This document shows positions 56,164 through 64,000 of a stretch of 64,000 nucleotides of DNA, one piece after another. The notes below the pieces were generated by a model. The model did no database searches and was not told the origin of the DNA. It worked only from the letters and a program-made list of their open reading frames with translations. Both the position numbers and the translations under genes were made by a program. How positions within the stretch are numbered: the stretch's first letter is position 1; each line of letters begins with the position of its first letter. Source of the DNA: the human T2T-CHM13v2.0 reference genome, Homo sapiens; the NCBI GenBank assembly GCA_009914755.4, contig CP068257.2, positions 44,288,001 to 44,352,000 on the forward strand, given 5' to 3'.

Positions 56164-58839
56164 TCAACTTCATTTGGAATAAGAAATAAAAATTAGTTTC
56201 TGTTATGGAAGCCTCCCACGGTATGGCATTTCATTACAGCAGCCCCAGTACACTGAGGGATGGTAGCTGGAGGTCAATAGATGAATAACAAAATTAGACG
56301 GATGATAGACAGGGATATCATTGTCCGTCTTAAATTACCAGACTCAGAAAATATGATTAAGCATAGAGTTTACTGGAGCCCAGAGCTTAAGGACAGCCAC
56401 CTGGGAGCACAGGTTCAAGCTGCCCTAAATCGAAGCTCCCATTAGCAGCAGCCTCCGACTCCCGCCCGAGGGCCCCCAGCACTACTGTGGAATTCCGGCC
56501 GGAACACACAGCCTGGACCTGGTCATGAGAAACGGCCCCACAAGCCCAACTTGAGATGCATTTTACAGAATAAGTGGCTTAAACGTCTCAAAAACGTCAA
56601 GGTCAGGAAAGGTCAAATTAAAGGAGACAAAGAGGTAAGAGAATAATGTAACAGTGAGCCAGCACCATTCCTGCCTCTGCAAAGGGGAAGGTGAGGGGAT
56701 TGTTCCCATTATCAGGGGAAAGGGGTTCTCAGGAGACCTGGAGAAACGCCCAGGCGTAGCCTGGCCTGGGGCAACTGGAGCCGACCACTGCAGTGGGCTC
56801 TGGCAGGCACTGCGTCTCCCCCGAGGTCTCTGCTGAAAACAACGACCACGGAGGCCCTGATGCCTCCTACCTGGGCTGTGACCCTGGTCTAGGGCTCCTC
56901 GCACCTCCTGCACCCCACAGCCTCCGGGCCAGGCTCCAGCTCCCACCCAGTCCCTGCAGCCAAGGGAAGCCGCTGCCTGCAGGCCTGGAGGGCTCCCTGT
57001 TCCAGCTGCTCCCTCACTGGCCTCCGGCAGGGTCAGGACAGAGAGGGGGTGGCAAATCCACTGACCCCAGCGGAAGCCTCGCCAGAGTCTCCCAGGCACC
57101 GGTGGACCCAGGCATCTGGGGCCAGCGGGGAGGCCACGGAAAGGGGACAGTGCTGGCTCTGGGCCCCTCGGGGGACCGTCCTGCACTGGTGCCCATGGGC
57201 AGCAGAGGGCGCCCCTGACCATCCCTCCATGGCGTCCGCAGGAGCCTCACCAGCCTCAGGGTCCAGGGGCACCCACCCAGCTGTCAACCTAGCTGTCTGG
57301 AGTGAGCTTCAGTGGGAGGGGAGGAGGGGGCCTGCGATTGTGCAGGGACGAGGCTGGGGGAGCAGAGACTCCAGAAACCGTGTCCCACACCCCGCACTGC
57401 CCCTCACTGTGCAGCCCCAGCCTCCCTCCTAGAGCCCCCCAGCTGCTAGGCTGTGACAATTGCTTGTGTATCTGGACCCAGCAGGCTACAGGTCACTGTG
57501 ACCTTGGGGCCTGGGGTCCCAAAGCCAGGCTGCCTGCCCCCGTTTCCCCCACCGCCATCTCCAGAGCCACCATCACCAGTTCTGCCACCCTCGGCCCTCC
57601 CTGTCACTGCAGGGCAGCCCTGGACTCGCTCAGACCCTGAGTTCAGACCCTGGGGTGCAGAGGCTGATGGCCCGGCGCTGGCCTCCTGAGCCCTCCTCAC
57701 CCCTGGGCACTCACTGAGTACTGGGCCTGCTCTCCTGAGGGCAAAAGAGCACCCAACCCCTCCCCCAGCTCTGAAACAACCCTCAGATCCTGATGCTTTT
57801 GGGGTCACATGTTTGGGGAGGGAACTGGCAGTAGCCCAGGAGCCCTAGACCACGGAGGTCACCCTGCTGAACGCGAGGGTCTCTGCCTCCCAAGGGTGGG
57901 GACTCCAGAGGCCGGGCACCTGGGAGGGCCTTGCTCTGGGCCCTCCGGCCTGGCTGTGGCTGGCACCCTGGGACCCCAGACCCAGCCCAGAGCAGGGATG
58001 GCTGCATCTCGCTCCCAGTTTGTCCTGATCCCAGAGCCTCCAGCCACAGCTCCGTAAGGTGGGCACTGAGATGGCCCTGAGGCCTGGAGGCCCTGAACGG
58101 AGATGAGGTCTCTTTCCACAGACCAGCCGCGTTCCCACCGCACCCTCTCTTTGGGGTTTGATTGGCCCAGGGAGTGTGAGTGTTCCTGAGAAGCCCAGAT
58201 GTTACCCAGGCACTCGGCCCCAGGCTCTGTGACTCCCATGTGGGGACAATGGAAACCAGATGCTGGGAAGCTGGGCTGGGTGGGCGGGCCCCTGGCAGCT
58301 GTGTGCTGCGTCCATCTGGACTGGTCTCTGAGCCCCGGGCCTGTGGACCTCGGCCTCATGGGAGCCCCAGCTCTGTCACTGTTACTCCCTCCATCAGCTC
58401 CCACCGACAGAGTGGACATTCTCTTGACAACTTGAGAAAACGGAGCTTCTGGGAGCCTGTGTCCCGACCCGAGCTCAGGCAACTAGTGGGTGACAGAGCT
58501 GGGACCGCACCCAGTTCTGACTGCCCCAGCTTTCCTGGCACATCCAGCCTGGGGTATACCAGGCAGGATGCCAGCAGTTTCTCTGAGCCACGGTGTGGTC
58601 AGGCAGAGAGACGGAGGGTCTGAGTGGCCCCCTACAGATGCTGTGGTCCTGCGTGGAAACCCTCTGGGTGTCTGAGGAGTGGGGTGATGTGGGACTGTGA
58701 CCACCCATGTTCAGCTCCCTGCAGAGTGGCAAGGAGCCCCCCGCCCCCGTCTTTCTGGGACCCAGCCGGAGTGGGGGCTGCTGGTCTGTAAGGGATCCTA
58801 ACCCTTTCTTCCCTACTGCCCCAGCCTCGTTAAAACTGC

Positions 58840-61210
58840 TGCATGCCGGCGGGTGAGCGGGACATGGGGCAGCCCCCGCAGCTGAGCTCCCCACTGCCGG
58901 GGGAGGGCCTGTGTGGAGCTCCGAGACCAGGTCCTAGAAGCCCCTGGGCCCTGCCCTGCGCTGCGAAGGGAACCGGGTGTCTGAGCATGGGGCCGGCAGG
59001 ACCGACAGCATCGGGGCTTGAAACCCAGTGCTCGGGAGCCCGCCCCTCCCCCCACGACCTTTTGGGCCCAGAAGCCATGATGGGGGCACAGAGGAGGGAG
59101 TTTCGGGCCCCGACCCGGGGTGCGGGGTCTCACACAGGGACCCCAGGTCTGAGCTGTGCCACTCGTGCAGCCCTGGCCCTCCGCAGCCTCGGCGACCCCA
59201 CCCGAGGGCTCCCACTGCTGCCCACAGACATCTCAGGGTCTCCCGGGCCGGGTCAGCGGCGCCGGAACAGGGTCTCCCGGGCCGGGTCAGCGGCGCCGGA
59301 AGTGATTCTCGTCAGCAGGAATGCGCTGGCTGCCCGGGAGCCTTCAGGGTGGGCTCTGGGGGCCAGGTGCGGCCTCAGCGCCGTCCCTTCCCGGGAAGCC
59401 TCCTCCCTGGGGTCCATGCCGGCTCCTGCTGGCTCCCCCATTCCGCTGAAATCTGAGGAAAAGGCTCTGGGAACGCAGCCAGACTCCCCCACAGCTCAGA
59501 CGGCTGTAAAGAAATATTCCTGCCAGATGTTCAGAGGCGGAGGCCAGCATGAGGTAACGGGAAAGGCTTAACCCGTCCAGCCCCGCAGCCTCGCAGCCGC
59601 CTCCGGGGCCCAGCTCTAGGGGCTGCGGGCCCCGTGCCGTGGGGGACGTCCCTGCCGCGTCCGTGTCCCGGGGGCCGGGCCTGCCTGCGGCGGGAGCCCA
59701 CCCCGTGCGGTCAGACGGGCTCAGAGCGCTCTTCTGCAGTCTCCAGCCCTCCCTGGAGGGCGTGTTGGACCAGCCCCTGATGGGCGCCCGGGAGCCACGG
59801 GATGGGGCGTGATGCCAGCCTGGGAGAGGGATCCACTCGGGGGTCCTCAGGAGGCGGTGCCAGCCCCCGGCATGGCTTGGGGGAGCCTCTGTGTTGCCAG
59901 CGCTGGGCAGCCCTGGACCCCCCGCCACCCTTTGCCTCACGGGCCCTGGGTTTCAGGGCAGTGGCCTCTCAACCCAGCGAGATCACAGCGCCATCGAGAC
60001 AGTCTTTCAGTCTTTTTTTTTTTTTTTTTTTTTTTTTTTTGCGTCTCTTTGAAATGACAGTTCCCAGAACCAGAGCTTCTATGGCGGATTCTCACCAGAA
60101 AATGAAATTCTCAGCTTACAGGCAACGGAACAAAATGAAATCAGGCCAATGCACGCGGCCCCGGGAAGCACCAGGGGGCCTCAGCGAGCTCCTGAGTTTC
60201 ACACTCAGTGCGGGGGTTTCCGCCTCAGCCCCTCTTAGCGGGAGTCACTAAAGGAAACGCAGAGAGGGCGGGAACGCAACCCCAGCACCCTGCGGCTCCC
60301 GCCACGGGGTCGCGCCCTCCCTCTGATATCCAGAGCCTGCGGCTCCCAGAGGCGCTCCCGGAACAAACCGGGGCGCGCAGAGCTTTCTTCGCCGCTGTCT
60401 GGGGGCCGCAGGACTGTCCCAGGGCCCGTGATTGACGGACCAGTCCCCGGCATTGAGCCTTGTGTCTTTCCAGTTACAGGCGATGCTGCCGGAAACGTGT
60501 GTTTTCCTATCTAGGAGTCAGTCTGTCGCAGACCGATTCCTGGATCGCCGAGGTCGCCCACTCTCCCCAGAAGCCTGCTCCCTCCCGACCCGACCGGTGG
60601 GAGGCCGCGTCCCCGACGCTTGCCAGGAGCCCCGCCTGCAGCCGAGGCGTCCTCCCCGCGCCGCGGGCTCCTGTGGCAACGGCCGCCTCCCGGCTGGCCT
60701 CTTTTCTGCCTTCTGCCTTCCCGTTGGCGACTGGGGAGGCCCGTGGTCAACGAGGCCCCAGCGATCACCTGGGGGACGTCCTGTAGGGAGAGCCTGACTC
60801 ACAAGGACCAGTGTTGAGCCGTCGCACCCCCGCTTGGGACCAGGATGGGCTGCACTTTCCCCACCCGCGGCCCTGGGACCCGCCCCACCCGAAGCCCGGG
60901 GAGATCCAACCGCAGGCTGCCTCCGGCCAGCGGACTCATTCACACTCCGCAAACAGGCTGGGGCCAGACGCCGCCCTGCCCTAGGTGCCCAGCAAACACG
61001 CGGGCCAGCCAGACCCCTGGACCTTCACAGGGAGGAGGAGATGGAGATGGGTTCACCCCCCACAAAGGAGGGAGGGGAGGGGATGGCCGCCATGCCCAGG
61101 TGCCGGGACAGGAGCCGAGGGCCGCGTGCACCCCTTGGGCCCTTGGAGGGGCCGGCATGTGCCTCTCTGTCCCTGTGCCACTTCCACTGGCCGTACAGGG
61201 CCACCACCGC
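58840..61210. promoter_or_regulatory. CpG island / GC-rich block (core about 59560-60900); candidate promoter of an unannotated or non-coding transcript
   Basis: The CpG dinucleotide density is very high (ccgtccagccccgcagcctcgcagccgcctccgg..gccgcgtccgtgtcccgggggccgggcctgcctgcggcgggagcc; ggggcgcgcagagctttcttcgccgctg...). It also contains a 35-bp x2 tandem at 59234-59303 and T28 at 60013-60040. Function is not demonstrable from the sequence. Confidence 0.55.
60013..60040. repeat. (T)28 mononucleotide microsatellite inside the CpG island
   Basis: It is an uninterrupted run of T. Confidence 0.95.
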
Positions 61211-63594
61211 GGAAACCGCATGTGTAACCCCTGGAAACAGGGTCCTCCTTGATGAGTCATGTTCTAAGTTGGGAGGAAAATTCACTGGATAGTGGAGGCA
61301 GTAGAAAGAAATAAAAAAAGTCTTTGTTCCACAGATGCTTGGAGGGCTTGGGTCCTCGGTGTTTATAGTGGGTGCCGCCTTCCAACACCACACCCTGGGA
61401 GGGAGTCGCCGGACGGCGTTCCGGAAACTCCACAGTCACTGGGGAGGGGGCACGGACAGCCCCCACCACCTGCCCTCCGGGCACAAACGCAGGGCCTGTC
61501 CCCTGCCCGTGGGCGCAGCTGTCCTGCTCCCTCCCCGAAGGCACTCGGACTTCTGTGGAAAAAGAGCTTATGGGATGGAAAATCCCTGGATGAGTTTCCT
61601 CCCAGCCTTTCCTGGGGGTGGAGGACAGACCTGCAGCCCCAAGCGAGCTCCTGCCAGCGCCTGGAGAGTGGAGGGCGGGGCCCAGTCTCAGCACTGCAGC
61701 CGGGCCCTGCGGGGCTAGAAGCACCGTCCCCTCCGCGTCCACCCTCACTGCGTGGGTCTCGAGGCCTCCTTGTCTAGAAAATTTCCCCAGCTGGGGCCTG
61801 GGTTTTTGGAGCCCATGGAGGGCAGGTCCTCCACATCTCGGGTGCCCTGGGTAGGGCAGGGAGGCGACTGACGCGTGGCGCAGAGCTTGGCCGGCCGTGG
61901 TGATAGGAGAGGGGGTGGCTGAGAGACCTGGGAGGAAAAAGATTTTTAAAGGGGGAAGTGGGACCCTGCCTTGGGGCTGGGGTTGGGAGTTCCGTGTGGG
62001 TGTGGGTGGGGGAGTATCGGGGGACCTGCCCTGATAATCACGTAGGTTCTTTTCTATTTTTCCTAAGCGTCGGCCGGCTTGAGAAATAAAGGGACAGAGT
62101 ACAAAAGAGAGAAATTTTAAAGCTGGGCATCCGGGGGAGACATCACACGTTGGTAGGATCTGTGATGCCCCACAAGCCGCAAAAACCAGCAAGTTTTTAT
62201 TAGGGAGTTTCAAAAGGGGAGGGAGTGTGTGAATAGGTGTGGGTGACAGACAGCAAGTACTTAACAGGGTAATAGAATATCACAAGGCCAGTGGAGGCAG
62301 GGCGAGATCACAGGACCACAGGATCGAAGCAAAATTAAAATTGCTAATGAAGTTTTGGGCACCACTGTCACTGATAACATCTTATCAGGAGACAGGGTTT
62401 TGACATCAACCGGTCTGACCAAAATTTATTAGGTGGGAATTTCCTCTTCCTAATAAGCCTGGGAGCGCTATGGGAGACTGGAGTTTATTTCATCTCTGCA
62501 GCCTCAACCATAAGAGACAGGCCCACCTGGGGGGGCTTTTTATAAGCCAGTACCTCCAGGTGCGTATTCTCTTTCTCAGGGATATCCCATGCTGAGAAAA
62601 AGAATTCAGCGATATTTCTCCCATTTGCTTTTGAAAGAAGAGAAATATGGCTCTGTTCTGCCTGACTCACCTGCGGTTAGAGTTTAAGGTTATCTCTCTT
62701 ATTCCCTGAACAATTGCTGTTATCCTGTTCTTTTTTCAAGGTGCTCAGATTTCATATTGCTCAAACACACATGCTGTACAATTTTTGTAGTTAACACAAT
62801 TATTACAGGGTCCTGAGGCAATATACATCCTCCTCAGCTGACAGGATTAAGAGATTAAAGTAAAGACAGGCATAGGAAATCACAAGGGTATTGACTGGGG
62901 AAGTGATAAGTGTCCATGAAATCTTTACAATTTATGTTTAGAGATTGCAGTAAAGACAGGCATAAGAAATTATAAAAGTATTAACTTGAGGAACTAATAA
63001 GTGTCCATAAAATCTTCACAATCCACGTTCTTCTGCCGTGGCTTCAGCCGGTCCCTCCGTTTGGGGTCCCTGACTTCCCACAACAGGGGAGGGGGTACGG
63101 TTGGTCCAAAAGGGGAAGGACAGAAGCGGGGCCTGGGCCAGCAGCCCTGGGGCTCCCACCAGCCACCAGCAGCACTGAGTCTCCTCTGCAACTTTCCCTG
63201 TGGACAAAGGCAGTTTCCTGGGATGGTCTTTCCTTCCCGTTCCACCACTTTTATGGGTTTAAGAAAACCACTAACACAGGACAGCGGTGGATAATTCCCC
63301 TTTTCCCCGCGCTGACGTTTGGAGGCACCAGGGCTCCTCAAGGTGGACTGGGGGGCTCCTCTCCCTGAACGCAGGGTCCTGATGGGGGTGGGGGTGGGGG
63401 TGGAGGGCAGGCAGGTTCCAGAAACAGCCCTGCCCTCCCCTGCCTCCCGGGACAGCTTCCTCCACCAAGCCCACCTCATGCTCCATCCTCATCCCCTCTT
63501 AGCCAGGTCCTGCTGGAAGAGGAGGCTCGGGTCCACCCGCAGGAGTCAGAGAGGCCCTGCCAGGGACACTGCACATTCAAGGCCCTCTCCTCCA

Positions 63595-63770
63595 TCCTTC
63601 TTCCTCTCCCTCCTCCCACCCTCTCCCTCCTCCCACCCCCTCTCCCCTCCTCCCATTCTCTCCCTCCTCCCACTCTCTCCCTTCTCCCACCCTCTCCCCC
63701 TCCCCCCTCTTCCCACCCCCTCCCCTGTCCCACCCTCTCCCTTCCCACACCTGGAGACTCAGATCCCCCC
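63595..63770 (+). repeat. Pyrimidine-rich tandem repeat, about 19-bp unit (ctccctcctcccaccctct) x about 9
   Basis: It reads ctccctcctcccaccctctccctcctcccaccccctctcccctcctcccattctctccctcctcccactctctccc... Confidence 0.85.
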
Positions 63771-64000
63771 AGGGCTGTGGACGACTGGCACAGTGGGGTA
63801 AGTCCTGCTCCCCACAGCTGCTTCTGGGATCCCAGACTGGGCCCAGAGTCCCCATCCACAGAAGGGCCGGCAGGCCTGAGAAAGGACAGCCAGGTCGCCA
63901 GGGAGGGGATGTGGCTCGCCCCCTTCTTCCCTTTCTCTGGAAGTGCATTTACCTCCCCCCACACACAGGCGGGGTTGCAGGGCCCTTCCCAGCCAGACCC

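Noticed and set aside
60013-60040. The T28 tract as the tail of a minus-strand SVA or Alu element, which would make the CpG-rich region an SVA VNTR
   Set aside because: The sequence adjacent to the poly-T (gcgtctctttgaaatgacagttcccagaacc...) does not resemble the reverse complement of an Alu 3' end or an SVA SINE-R/AATAAA end. No (AGAGGG)n hexamer array is found at the other end. I treat it as a simple homopolymer.
56563-62213. Multiple 140-320-aa ORFs on both strands in the GC-rich block (for example 56563-57222 minus, 57859-58482 minus, 58843-59571 plus, 59344-59940 minus, 61257-62213 minus)
   Set aside because: They overlap one another in different frames and strands. Their Pro/Gly/Arg/Ala-rich low-complexity composition is typical of chance ORFs in about 65-70% GC DNA. 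There are no recognisable domains and no splice or poly(A) context. They are better explained as a CpG island or GC-isochore artifact.

Overview
This window is primate (human) nuclear DNA, not prokaryotic. It contains several Alu SINEs with target-site duplications, an L1 3' end, THE1/MST-type MaLR LTR retrotransposons, and hypervariable GC-rich minisatellites. The six-frame ORF track is therefore misleading. The very long ORFs (1231, 1241 and 1224 aa at 9.2-13.0 kb, the 246/250-aa pair at 3.9-4.6 kb, the 150-210-aa set at 19.6-21.4 kb) are stop-free frames through tandem repeats. The remaining long ORFs are chance frames in GC-rich DNA.

The real gene is spliced and invisible to ORF calling. 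On the + strand I can read six consecutive coding exons with canonical polypyrimidine-AG acceptors and GT donors: 3289-3330, 18030-18108, 18889-18948, 23366-23418, 28143-28312 and 29784-29820. Spliced, they encode AYTIQGQYAIPHPD / QLTKLHQLAMQQTPFPPLGQTNPAFPG / EKLPLHSSEEAQNLMGQSSG / LDASPPASTHELTIPND / [57 protein letters not shown] / LTSEVTGMGTL-stop. This is the third KH domain and C-terminus of poly(rC)-binding protein 3 (PCBP3). From memory, not from the sequence, that gene lies at subtelomeric 21q22.3. A roughly 750-nt 3'UTR follows, with AATAAA at 30545-30550.

The PCBP3 introns carry four minisatellite arrays: a 48-bp unit x13, a 66-bp unit x54 that is CpG-rich, a 32-bp unit x54, and a ~35-bp G-rich array x11 just past the poly(A) site. 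They also carry a ~480-nt almost pure C/T tract on the sense strand.

Downstream of the gene (30.6-64 kb) is intergenic DNA. It holds a solo MaLR LTR, two full-length THE1/MST-like elements arranged as a head-to-head inverted repeat (48.55-51.02 kb minus, 51.78-54.57 kb plus), a young AluY, and a GC-rich block with a CpG island (about 58.8-61.2 kb) containing a T28 homopolymer. There is no CRISPR array, tRNA, rRNA or prokaryotic system here. I could not run homology searches, so family and locus names rest on recognising sequence motifs.
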